Positions 1-12,412 of a stretch of DNA of 64,000 nt are shown piece by piece; positions within the stretch are counted from its first letter, which is position 1; every line of letters begins with the position of its first letter. The notes under the pieces were generated by a model. The model was given only the letters and a program-made list of their open reading frames with translations. It was not told the origin of the DNA and ran no database searches. The stretch comes from Eledone cirrhosa (lineage: Eukaryota). The position numbers and the translations under genes were made by a program. The DNA lies in contig OZ024748.1 in assembly GCA_964016885.1 (NCBI GenBank), forward strand, positions 25,296,001-25,360,000, written 5' to 3'.

Positions 1-505
1 TTTCATTAGAAATATGGTAATAGAAGGGTTAATGACATAGGCAGTGTCTTTCATTAGAAATATGGTAATGAAAGGGTTAAAGACATAGATAGTGTCCTTC
101 ATTAGAAATATGGTAATGAAAGGGTTAATGACATAGACAGTGTCTTTCATTAGAAATATGGTAATGGAAGGGTTAATGACATAGACAGTGTCTTTCATTA
201 GAAATATGGTAATGAAAGGGTTAATGACATAGACAGTGTCTTTCATTAGAAATATGGTAATGAAAGGGTTAAAGACATAGACAATGTCTTTCATTAGAAA
301 TATGGTAATGAAAGGGTTAAAGACATAGATAGTGTCCTTCATTAGAAATATGGTAATGAAAGGGTTAATGACATAGGCAGTGTCTATCATTAGAAATATG
401 GTAATGGAAGGGTTAATGATATAGGAAGTGTCTTTCATTATAAATATGGTAATGGAAGGGTTAATGACATAGACAATGTGTTTCATCAGAAATATGGTAA
501 TGATA
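1..505. repeat. 48-bp tandem repeat (about 10 copies, cut by the window start)
   Basis: Unit TTTCATTAGAAATATGGTAATGAAAGGGTTAATGACATAGACAGTGTC recurs at 1, 49, 97 and onward. Confidence 0.95.
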
Positions 506-904
506 AGGTAAATAATTGCTCAAGGATAAAATACATGTTGGCCTTGAAGTGAAAGTTACCTCCTTGATGCAGCTTTAGCTATATCTAATACAGTTGAATC
601 AAAGATAAGTTAACCAACACATTGTGATTAAAAATAAATTCAAGCTCCTAAATGTAAATAATTAGTCTTGTTTCAAAGTAATTATTTCTATTTTTGATTG
701 TTGTTATTTATTATTTTTTTTATATTTCCTTTAAAATCAATCTCAAAATCAATTTCTGTTTAAATTCAAATGTAAATCTGTTTTGTTACACAATAGAGAT
801 ATTGATTAAGTGGAAAGAATTAGTATTTTCTTTTTTTTTCAATTTCAAAAATAATTCATGTTTGTATTTGTTTTACAAAATTCTTGATGTGAAATCATAT
901 GTTG

Positions 905-1400
905 GAACAGAGCGAGACTCTGGGAAGGTCAACTTTGCTTTTCATCTTTACGGGGTCGATAAAATAAAGTACCAGTAATACACTGGGATAATTGCTGGCC
1001 TTGTGCCAAGAGTAGAAACAATTATTAGCTGGTTTATTATTAGATGCTTTGCAGCATAGAGTTACGGCCCTTTACGGTCCGAGTCCAAATCCCACCGAGG
1101 TTAACTTTGCCTTTCATCCCCTCACAGGGTCAATAAAATAAAGTACCAGTAATGCACTGGGGTAATTGCTGGCATTGTGCCAAAAGTAGAAACAATTATT
1201 AAGTGGATTGGAAGAGGCATTAGAGTATCAAACAAAAGCTTGGCAGTAGTTGTTTCAGCACTTTATGTTCCATGTTCAAATCCTAGTGAAGTCCAAATTG
1301 CTTTTCAGGATCAATAATAAAAAGAACCAGTCATGTACTAGGCTTGATTTAATCAATTTCACACTTCCTCCAAATTACTAGCCTTATGCCTGTTTGAAAC
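905..1400 (+). mobile_element. Cluster of three partial tRNA-derived SINE copies
   Basis: Shared core AACTTTGCCTTTCATCC..GGGGTCGATAAAATAAAGTACCAGTAA..CACTGGG..TTGCTGGCCTTGTGCC..GTAGAAACAATT, also seen at 32480, 50390, 52171 and 57785. Confidence 0.8.
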
Positions 1401-1748
1401 CATTAATTGGTCAGATAACTCATCCATTCATCAGTTATCTAACTGCCAAAGCTCTTTTGTCACATACTTTGTGACTTTTTCAATGACTTTTTTTGGCCCT
1501 TATTCTACAGAGGGTCAAAATAATCATAGCGAAGGTCACAAAATGTGTGATGAAAGAACTTTGAGAATTAAATAAACACCAGGTTGTTAAAACAACCAAA
1601 GAATGGATTAGTTACATGACTAATAATAAAAACTCAAGTGAAACTCAACTGGCGTGTATGTTTTTATCCTAAAGTATAACAAAAATAATTTAATCATTTA
1701 AATACTAATTTTGTTTTATTTATTTTTTTTTTTTTCAATTTATTTAAG

Positions 1749-1877
1749 CTGTAGTCAATGTGCTGATAACTTCACCATTCTGGAGTGCCAATACTCGGTT
1801 AAAGATGCAAGGAGTAAAACTTAACAGCAAAAAATTTCAGAATTATCGACAAAAACAATTGTATACTGGCGTTTTTG
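1749..1877 (+). CDS. SLC25A17: SLC25A17/PMP34-like peroxisomal carrier, internal exon (upstream exons lie outside the window)
   Basis: AG acceptor 1747-1748, GT donor 1878. Translates [42 protein letters not shown], matching the PMP34 motif [21 protein letters not shown]. Confidence 0.9.
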
Positions 1878-2025
1878 GTAACTAACATCATTCTTCTTCT
1901 TCTTCTTCTTCTTCTTCTTCTTCTTCTTCTTCTTCTTCTTCTTCTTTTTCTTTTCCTTTTTCTTTTTCTTCTTCTTTTAGAAATATGCTAACAAAAGTAT
2001 TAACAGTTTAATTTTTTTTTTCTAG

Positions 2026-2174
2026 ATGTGATCAATGATATTGTCAAGAGAGATGGCTTTCTTTATCTGTGGAATGGAGTTCTGGCATCTCTCGTCTTGG
2101 CCTCCAATCCAGCCATCCAATGTTTGTTTTATGAAACACCCAAACGTTACCTACAGCAAGCTTTTGGAAAAGAG
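2026..2174 (+). CDS. SLC25A17: SLC25A17/PMP34-like exon
   Basis: Poly-T + AG acceptor; phase-1 join gives [50 protein letters not shown] (compare [23 protein letters not shown]); GT donor 2175. Confidence 0.92.
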
Positions 2175-2185
2175 GTTTGTATTTT

Positions 2186-5100
2186 GAATTGCAGTGTAAA
2201 AGAATTACAGGTTGAAAGAATTACAGTGTGAAAGAATTACAGTGTGAAAGAATTACAGTGTGAAAGAATTACAGTGTGAAAGAATTACAGGTTGAAAGAA
2301 TTACAGTGTGAAAGAATTACAGTGTGAAAGAATTACAGGTTGAAAGAATTACAGTGTGAAAGAATTACAGTGTGAAAGAATTACAGTGTGAAAGAATTAC
2401 AGTGTGAAAGAATTACAGGTTGAAAGAATTACAGTGTGAAAGAATTACAGTGTGAAAGAATTACAGGTTGAAAGAATTGCAGTGTAAAAGAATTACAGGT
2501 TGAAAGAATTACAGTGTGAAAGAATTACAGGTTGAATGAATTACAGTGTGAAAGAATTACAGTGTGAAAGAATTACAGGTTGAAAGAATTGCAGTGTAAA
2601 AGAATTACAGGTTGAAAGAATTACAGTGTGAAAGAATTACAGGTTGAAAGAATTACAGTGTGAAAGAATTACAGGTTGAATGAATTACAGTGTGAAAGAA
2701 TTACAGGTTGAAAGAATTACATTGTGAAAGAATTACAGTGTGAAAGAATTACAGGTTGAAAGAATTACAGTGTGAAAGAATTACAGGTTGAAAGAATTAC
2801 AGTGTGAAAGAATTACAGTGTGAAAGAATTACAGGTTGAAAGAATTACAGTGTGAAAGAATTACAGGTTGAAGGAATTACAGTGTGAAAGAATTACAGTG
2901 TGAAAGAATTACAGTGTGAAAGAATTACAGGTTGAAAGAATTACAGTGTGAAAGAATTACAGTGTGAAAGAATTACAGTGTGAAAGAATTACAGGTTGAA
3001 AGAATTACAGTGTGAAAGAATTACAGGTTGAAAGAATTACAGTGTGAAAGAATTACAGTGTGAAAGAATTACAGTGTGAAAGAATTACAGGTTGAAAGAA
3101 TTACAGTGTGAAAGAATTACAGTGTGAAAGAATTACAGTGTGAAAGAATTACAGGTTGAAAGAATTACAGTGTGAAAGAATTACAGGTTGAAAGAATTAC
3201 AGTGTGAAAGAATTACAGGTTGAAAGAATTACAGTGTGAAAGAATTACAGTGTGAAAGAATTACAGTGTGAAAGAATTACAGTGTGAAAGAATTACAGGT
3301 TGAAAGAATTACAGTGTGAAAGAATTACAGTGTGAAAGAATTACAGTGTGAAAGAATTACAGTGCGAAAGAATTACAGGTTGAAAGAATTACAGTGTGAA
3401 AGAATTACAGGTTGAAAGAATTACAGTGTGAAAGAATTACAGTGTGAAAGAATTACAGTGTGAAAGAATTACAGGTTGAAAGAATTACAGTGTGAAAGAA
3501 TTACAGGTTGAAAGAATTACAGTGTGAAAGAATTACAGTGTGAAAGAATTACAGGTTGAAAGAATTACAGTGTGAAAGAATTACAGGTTGAAAGAATTAC
3601 AGTGTGAAAGAATTACAGGTTGAAAGAATTACAGTGTGAAAGAATTACAGGTTGAAAGAATTACAGTGTGAAAGAATTACAGGTTGAAAGAATTACAGTG
3701 TGAAAGAATTACAGGTTGAAAGAATTACAGTGTGAAAGAATTACAGGTTGAAAGAATTACAGTGTGAAAGAATTACAGGTTGAAAGAATTACAGTGTGAA
3801 AGAATTACAGGTTGAAAGAATTACAGTGTGAAAGAATTACAGGTTGAAAGAATTACAGTGTGAAAGAATTACAGTGTGAAAGAATTACAGTGTGAAAGAA
3901 TTACAGTGTGAAAGAATTACAGTGTGAAAGAATTACAGGTTGAAAGAATTACAGTGTGAAAGAATTACAGGTTGAAAGAATTACAGTGTGAAAGAATTAC
4001 AGGTTGAAAGAATTACAGTGTGAAAGAATTACAGGTTGAAAGAATTACAGTGTGAAAGAATTACAGGTTGAAAGAATTACAGTGTGAAAGAATTACAGGT
4101 TGAAAGAATTACAGTGTGAAAGAATTACAGGTTGAAAGAATTACAGTGTGAAAGAATTACAGGTTGAAAGAATTACAGTGTGAAAGAATTACAGGTTGAA
4201 AGAATTACAGTGTGAAAGAATTACAGGTTGAATGAATTACAGTGTAAAAGAATTACAGTGTGAAAGAATTACAGTGTGAAAGAATTACAGGTTGAATGAA
4301 TTACAGTGGGAAAGAATTACAGGTTGAATGAATTACAGTGTAAAAGAATTACAGTGTGAAAGAATTACAGGTTGAAAGAATTACAGTGTGAAAGAATTAC
4401 AGGTTGAAAGAATTACAGTGTGAAAGAATTACAGGTTGAATGAATTACAGTGTAAAAGAATTACAGTGTGAAAGAATTACAGGTTGAATGAATTACAGTG
4501 TAAAAGAATTACAGTGTGAAAGAATTACAGGTTGAATGAATTACAGTGTGAAAGAATTACAGTGTGAAAGAATTACAGGTTGAATGAATTACAGTGTAAA
4601 AGAATTACAGTGTGAAAGAATTACAGTGTGAAAGAATTACAGGTTGAATGAATTACAGTGGGAAAGAATTACAGTGTGAAAGAATTACAGGTTGAATGAA
4701 TTACAGTGGGAAAGAATTACAGTGTGAAAGAATTACAGGTTGAATGAATTACAGTGTGAAAGAATTACAGGCTGAAAGAATTACAGTGTGAAAGAATTAC
4801 AGGTTGAAAGAATTACAGTGTGAAAGAATTACAGGTTGAATGAATTACAGTGTAAAAGAATTACAGTGTGAAAGAATTACAGTGTGAAAGAATTACAGGT
4901 TGAATGAATTACAGTGGGAAAGAATTACAGTGTGAAAGAATTACAGGTTGAATGAATTACAGTGTAAAAGAATTACAGTGTGAAAGAATTACAGGTTGAA
5001 GGAATTACAGTGTGAAAGAATTACAGGTTGAAAGAATTACAGTGTGAAAGAATTACAGGTTGAATGAATTGCAGTGTAAAAGAATTACAGTGTGAAAGAA

Positions 5101-8100
5101 TTACAGTGTGAAAGAATTACAGGTTGAATGAATTACAGTGGAAAAGAATTACAGTGTGAAAGAATTACAGGTTGAATGAATTACAGTGGGAAAGAATTAC
5201 AGTGTGAAAGAATTACAGGTTGAATGAATTACAGTGTGAAAGAATTACAGTGTGAAAGAATTACAGGTTGAATGAATTACAGTGTGAAAGAATTACAGGT
5301 TGAATGAATTACAGTGTAAAAGAATTACAGTGTGAAAGAATTACAGGTTGAATGAATTACAGTGTGAAAGAATTACAGTGTGAAAGAATTACAGGTTGAA
5401 AGAATTACAGTGTGAAAGAATTACAGGTTGAAAGTATTACAGTGGGAAAGAATTACAGGTTGAATGAATTACAGTGGGAAAGAATTACAGTGTGAAAGAA
5501 TTACAGTGTGAAAGAATTACAGGTTGAAAGAATTACAGTGTGAAAGAATTACAGGTTGAATGAATTACAGTGTAAAAGAATTACAGTGTGAAAGAATTAC
5601 AGTGTGAAAGAATTACAGGTTGAATGAATTACAGTGGGAAAGAATTACAGTGTGAAAGAATTACAGGTTGAATGAATTACAGTGTAAAAGAATTACAGTG
5701 TGAAAGAATTACAGGTTGAAAGAATTACAGTGTGAAAGAATTACAGGTTGAAAGAATTACAGTGTGAAAGAATTACAGGTTGAATGAATTACAGTGTAAA
5801 AGAATTACAGTGTGAAAGAATTACAGGTTGAATGAATTACAGTGTAAAAGAATTACAGTGTGAAAGAATTACAGGTTGAATGAATTACAGTGTAAAAGAA
5901 TTACAGTGTGAAAGAATTACAGTGTGAAAGAATTACAGGTTGAATGAATTACAGTGGGAAAGAATTACAGTGTGAAAGAATTACAGGTTGAATGAATTAC
6001 AGTGGGAAAGAATTACAGTGTGAAAGAATTACAGGTTGAATGAATTACAGTGTGAAAGAATTACAGGCTGAAAGAATTACAGTGTGAAAGAATTACAGGT
6101 TGAAAGAATTACAGTGTGAAAGAATTACAGGTTGAATGAATTACAGTGTAAAAGAATTACAGTGTGAAAGAATTACAGTGTGAAAGAATTACAGGTTGAA
6201 TGAATTACAGTGGGAAAGAATTACAGTGTGAAAGAATTACAGGTTGAATGAATTACAGTGTAAAAGAATTACAGTGTGAAAGAATTACAGGTTGAAAGAA
6301 TTACAGTGTGAAAGAATTACAGGTTGAAAGAATTACAGTGTGAAAGAATTACAGGTTGAATGAATTGCAGTGTAAAAGAATTACAGTGTGAAAGAATTAC
6401 AGTGTGAAAGAATTACAGGTTGAATGAATTACAGTGGGAAAGAATTACAGTGTGAAAGAATTACAGGTTGAATGAATTACAGTGGGAAAGAATTACAGTG
6501 TGAAAGAATTACAGGTTGAATGAATTACAGTGTGAAAGAATTACAGTGTGAAAGAATTACAGGTTGAATGAATTACAGTGGGAAAGAATTACAGTGTGAA
6601 AGAATTACAGGTTGAATGAATTACAGTGTAAAAGAATTACAGTGTGAAAGAATTACAGGTTGAATGAATTACAGTGTGAAAGAATTACAGTGTGAAAGAA
6701 TTACAGGTTGAAAGAATTACAGTGTGAAAGAATTACAGGTTGAAAGTATTACAGTGGGAAAGAATTACAGGTTGAATGAATTACAGTGGGAAAGAATTAC
6801 AGTGTGAAAGAATTACAGGTTGAAAGAATTACAGTGTGAAAGAATTACAGGTTGAAAGAATTACAGTGTGAAAGAATTACAGGTTGAATGAATTACAGTG
6901 GGAAAGAATTACATTGTGAAAGAATTACAGGTTGAATGAATTACAGTGTAAAAGAATTACAGTGTGAAAGAATTACAGGTTGAATGAATTACAGTGGGAA
7001 AGAATTACAGGTTGAAAGAATTACAGTGTGAAAGAATTACAGGTTGAAAGAATTACAGTGTGAAAGAATTACAGTGTGAAAGAATTACAGTGTGAAAGAA
7101 TTACAGGTTGAATGAATTACAGTGTAAAAGAATTACAGTGTGAAAGAATTACAGTGTGAAAGAATTACAGGTTGAATGAATTACAGTGGGAAAGAATTAC
7201 AGTGTGAAAGAATTACAGGTTGAATGAATTACAGTGGGAAAGAATTACAGTGTGAAAGAATTACAGGTTGAAAGAATTACAGTGTGAAAGAATTACAGTG
7301 TGAAAGAATTACAGTGTGAAAGAATTACAGGTTGAAAGAATTACAGTGGGAAAGAATTACAGGTTGAAAGAATTACAGGTTGAATGAATTACAGGTTGAA
7401 AGAATTACAGTGTGAAAGAATTACAGTGTGAAAGAATTACAGGTTGAAAGAATTACAGTGGGAAAGAATTACAGGTTGAAAGAATTACAGTGGGAAAGAA
7501 TTACAGGTTGAAAGAATTACAGTGGGAAAGAATTACAGGTTGAAAGAATTACAGGTTGAAAGAATTACAGTGTGAAAGAATTACAGTGTGAAAGAATTAC
7601 AGTGTGAAAGAATTACAGGTTGAAAGAATTACAGTGTGAAAGAATTACAGGTTGAAAGAATTACAGTGTGAAAGAATTACAGGTTGAAAGAATTACAGTG
7701 TGAAAGAATTACAGGTTGAAAGAATTACAGTGTGAAAGAATTACACTGTGAAAGAATTACAGTGTGAAAGAATTACAGGTTGAAAGAATTACAGTGTGGA
7801 AGAATTACAGGTTGAAAGAATTACAGTGTGAAAGAATTACAGGTTGAAAGAATTACAGTGTGAAAGAATTACAGGTTGAATGAATTACAGTGTAAAAGAA
7901 TTACAGTGTGAAAGAATTACAGGCTGAATGAATTACAGTGTGAAAGAATTACAGGTTGAAAGAATTACAGTGTGAAAGAATTACAGGTTGAAAGAATTAC
8001 AGTGTGAAAGAATTACAGGTTGAATGAATTACAGTGTAAAAGAATTACAGTGTGAAAGAATTACAGGTTGAATGAATTACAGTGTGAAAGAATTACAGGT

Positions 8101-10175
8101 TGAAAGAATTACAGTGTGAAAGAATTACAGGTTGAATGAATTACAGTGTAAAAGAATTACAGTGTGAAAGAATTACAGGTTGAATGAATTACAGTGTGAA
8201 AGAATTACAGGTTGAAAGAATTACAGTGTGAATGAATTACAGGTTGAAAGAATTACAGTGTGAAAGAATTACAGGTTGAATGAATTACAGTGTGAAAGAA
8301 TTACAGGTTGAAAGAATTACAGTGTGAAAGAATTACAGGTTGAATGAATTACAGTGTAAAAGAATTACAGTGTGAAAGAATTACAGGTTGAATGAATTAC
8401 AGTGTGAAAGAATTACAGGTTGAAAGAATTACAGTGTGAAAGAATTACAGGTTGAATGAATTACAGTGTGAAAGAATTACAGGTTGAAAGAATTACAGTG
8501 TGAAAGAATTACAGGTTGAATGAATTACAGTGTAAAAGAATTACAGTGTGAACGAATTACAGGTTGAATGAATTACAGTGTGAAAGAATTACAGGTTGAA
8601 AGAATTACAGTGTGAAAGAATTACAGGTTGAAAGAATTACAGTGTGAAAGAATTACAGGTTGAATGAATTACAGTGTGAAAGAATTACAGGTTGAAAGAA
8701 TTACAGTGTGAAAGAATTACAGGTTGAATGAATTACAGTGTAAAAGAATTACAGGTTGAATGAATTACAGTGTGAAAGAATTACAGGTTGAAAGAATTAC
8801 AGTGTGAAAGAATTACAGGTTGAAAGAATTACAGTGTGAAAGAATTACAGGTTGAATGAATTACAGTGTAAAAGAATTACAGTGTGAAAGAATTACAGGT
8901 TGAATGAATTACAGTGTGAAAGAATTACAGGTTGAAAGAATTACAGTGTGAAAGAATTACAGGTTGAAAGAATTACAGTGTGAAAGGATTACAGGTTGAA
9001 TGAATTACAGTGTAAAAGAATTACAGTGTGAAAGAATTACAGGTTGAATGAATTACAGTGGGAAAGAATTACAGGTTGAATGAATTACAGTGGGAAAGAA
9101 TTACAGTGTGAAAGAATTACAGGTTGAATGAATTACAATATGAAAGAATTACAGGTTGAATGAATTACAGTGTGAAAGAATTACAGGTTGAATGAATTAC
9201 AGTGTGAAAGAATTACAGGTTGAATGAATTACAGTGTGAAAGAATTACAGGTTGAATGAATTACAGTGTAAAAGAATTACAGTGTTAAAGAATTACAGGT
9301 TGAATGAATTACAGTGTGAAAGAATTACAGGTTGAAAGAATTACAGTGTGAAAGAATTACAGGTTGAAAGAATTACAGTGTGAAAGAATTACAGGTTGAA
9401 TGAATTACAGTGTAAAAGAATTACAGTGTGAAAGAATTACAGGTTGAAAGAATTACAGGTTGAATGAATTACAATATGAAAGAATTACAGGTTGAAAGAA
9501 TTACAGGTTGAATGAATTACAATATGAAAGAATTACAATATGAAAGAATTACAGGTTGAATGAATTACAGTGGGAAAGAATTACAGTGTGAAAGAATTAC
9601 AGTGTGAAAGAATTACAATATGAAAGAATTACAATATGAAAGAATTACAGGTTGAATGAATTACAATATGAAAGAATTACAATATGAAAGAATTACAGTT
9701 TGAATGAATTACAATATGAAAGAATTACAATATGAAAGAATTACAGGTTGAATGAATTACAGTGGGAAAGAATTACAATATGAAAGAATTACAATATGAA
9801 AGAATTACAGTGTGAAAGAATTACAGTGTGAAAGAATTACAGTGTGAAAGAATTACAATATGAAAGAATTACAGTTTGAAAGAATTACAGGTTGAATGAA
9901 TTACAATATGAAAGAATTACAATATGAAAGAATTACAATATGAAAGAATTACAATATGAAAGAATTACAATATGAAAGAATTACAGGTTGAATGAATTAC
10001 AGTGTGAAAGAATTACAGTGTGAAAGAATTACAGTGTGAAAGAATTACAATATGAAAGAATTACAATATGAAAGAATTACAGGTTGAATGAATTACAATA
10101 TGAAAGAATTACAATATGAAAGAATTACAATATGAAAGAATTACAGGTTGAATGAATTACAATATGAAAGAATTA
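2186..10175. repeat. About 8-kb intronic satellite with a 16-bp unit (about 500 copies)
   Basis: Units GAATTACAGTGTGAAA and GAATTACAGGTTGAAA plus variants (GGTTGAAT, GTGTAAAA, GTGGGAAA, ATATGAAA). Confidence 0.98.
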
Positions 10176-10431
10176 ACTTGGTGAACGAATAACAGTGGGA
10201 TAGAATTACTGGGTGAAATATTTCTTAAAAGTACAAAACAACACTATGACTGCATCACATTAAAAATTAAGGTCTTTAGTTTACTACAAATTTTCACAAT
10301 GATCTCTCCACCAACAAAGATACTATAAACTTTTTTAGATATTTTCTGCTAAATCATTACATGGGTTTAAGAGTTAATCATATATTTGAACCCAGTCTAA
10401 TGTCTATTTATTTTTCTTTCTTTCTTAACAG

Positions 10432-10530
10432 GAACTTAGTGGTATTGTATATTTTGCTCTGGGAGCTTTCTCCAAAATTACCTCCAACTGTATCACATAT
10501 CCACTTCAAGTTGTTGAATCAAAACTCAGA
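10432..10530 (+). CDS. SLC25A17: SLC25A17/PMP34-like exon
   Basis: Pyrimidine tract + CAG; 99 nt, phase 0; ELSGIVYFALGAFSKITSNCITYPLQVVESKLR (compare TVTYPLQTVQSILR); GTTAGT donor. Confidence 0.9.
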
Positions 10531-10569
10531 GTTAGTATATGTCATTTGATTTCTCCATGTTTTGGTACC

Positions 10570-11110
10570 ACGATACAAAGCACCCAGACCACACTGTAAA
10601 TGTGGTTGGCATTAGGAAGGGCATCCAGTCATAGAAACCAAGCCAGAAACATTTCTGTGTGGGCAAGACATGGTCATCTGACCTGACTTGTCTCACAATG
10701 GGACAACTCGTCTAACCCATGCTTGCATGGAAAAATGGATGTTAAATGGTGATGATGATGTAAATGTAGCATGGCTGAATGTTCAAGAAGTTCACACTAC
10801 AATCATTAGGTCTCGGTTTCAACCCCACTATGTGGCATCTTGGACAAGTGTCAGTTACCATAGACTTGAGTCAACCCATGTTTTTATCAGTAGATAGTAA
10901 CTGTTGACCCATGTTTTGGGTAGATAGAAACTGTTTGAAAGTCCATTGGATGGACTGTACCTGTAATTCAAGGGCCAGCCTAGTCACACACTATCTCATG
11001 CTGAATCTCCTTGAGATTTACATTATAGTTACACGTTTCTGCTCAGCCACTTACACGTTAATTTCATGAGCAGGCTGTTCCATTGATTGAACAACATGGT
11101 CAGTCATCAT
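10570..11110 (+). mobile_element. RTE-3-prime-tail element (about 10570-10760) followed by a degenerate CORE-like SINE
   Basis: CACACTGTAAATGTGGTTGGCATTAGGAAGGGCATCCAG..CTAACCCATGCTTGCATGGAAAAATGGATGTTAAATG(GAT)n tail, then a tRNA-like head with TTGGACAAGTGTC. Confidence 0.65.
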
Positions 11111-11182
11111 CAAAAAACCAATAGAGGTCCATCACAGATGAACTAAATTTTAACTTTAGTATTTGTTTGTTTATTATTGTAG

Positions 11183-11241
11183 TCTGGTCTTGAAAGAAAA
11201 GAGAACCAAAGTACATGGAAAGCATTAGTTGATTTAATCAG
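11183..11241 (+). CDS. SLC25A17: SLC25A17/PMP34-like exon
   Basis: TAG acceptor, 59 nt (SGLERKENQSTWKALVDLI + 2 nt), GTAAAT donor; phases match both neighbouring exons. Confidence 0.8.
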
Positions 11242-11375
11242 GTAAATATTTCTGTTAAACTCTTAACTCTCTATTTTCATGATTGAATATTAATTCTGAA
11301 AATTGTACATTTTACGTAGAATAATTTCATTTCATTTTTGCTACTTGCTACATTATATATATATATATATATATA

Positions 11376-11719
11376 TCATCATCATCATCATCATTTTACG
11401 TCCACTTTTTCCCTGCTTGCAAGGGTGGGACGGGAACTGATTCTGGCTTGATTTCTACAGCTGGATGCCCTTCCTAACACCAACCTCATTTATAGTGAGT
11501 GCTGGGTGCTTTTTTTCCCATGGCGCCTACACGACCACTTTACAGTGGAATGATAGGGACCCCAGTCCCTATCATCTCATTTCTACAGCTGAGTAAACTG
11601 AAGCAATGTGAAATAAAGTGTCTTGCTCAAGGAAACAACACATCACCTGGTCTAAGAATTGAACTCACAACCTTTCGATTGCAAGGCCAATGCTCTAACC
11701 ACTAAGCCATGTGCCGCCA
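11376..11719 (-). mobile_element. tRNA-headed CORE-like SINE plus RTE-type (GAT)n tail
   Basis: Minus strand: TGGCTTAGTGGTTAGAGC (A-box), GAGTTCAATTC (B-box), CCTTGAGCAAGACACTT core; (CAT)n on + at about 11376-11393. Confidence 0.7.
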
Positions 11720-11810
11720 TATATATATAATGTAGCAAGTAGCAAAGATGAAATGAAATTATTCTAGGTAAAATGTACATACACATATATATGTACATAT
11801 ATATATATAT

Positions 11811-12192
11811 ATAGGTGCATATATATATATAGTTGCAGTTATGCAATCATTGTGATATACTGGTGGCCATGTATGTCTATCCAGTACTGAAGTGGGTCGG
11901 CATACGCCACCGGCATATCACAATGATTGCATAACTGCACCTATGATTGTGTAAGCATCTGATGAAGTCACATGAATAACCATGTAACTGAAATGTATAT
12001 CATGCAATAAACAATTATGAAGAATTAATCCCGTCTTAACTACTATTATTTGATAAATGAATACTCCGTCACTCATAATCACCAACACCTACCTGGGATA
12101 AACTACTGACGTGAAGTGCTTTGGGTGGCTAGGACCAGCTTATCCTCTAGAAGTTACGATGTAACCAATTAAGATAATCAAAACTCTTCTGC

Positions 12193-12195
<3 letters not shown>
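11811..12195 (+). mobile_element. Small Penelope-like remnant with an inverted 5-prime segment, between (TA)n and (CT)n(TA)n
   Basis: Inverted repeat GCAGTTATGCAATCATTGTGATAT / ATATCACAATGATTGCATAACTGC, followed by a hammerhead motif and AATAAA. Confidence 0.6.
11955..12005 (+). ncRNA. Type I minimal hammerhead ribozyme
   Basis: Stem I GCAU/AUGC; CUGAUGA 11959-11965; stem II AGUCACAUG/CAUGUAACU (8 of 9 bp); GAAA 11990-11993; U-GUAU-A then UC, predicted cut after 12001; AAUAAA follows. Confidence 0.75.
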
Positions 12196-12267
<72 letters not shown>

Positions 12268-12412
12268 CCATTATTCCACTTGCTTCTATTATTATGACTG
12301 TAAAGATTCTTCCTGGTCAATGTGAGCAATAATCTTTTCAACCCTTTTTGTTGACTCAGCAGGTGCTTTTGTGCTTATAAGTATGTATGAGTGTGTACAT
12401 TTATATATATAT

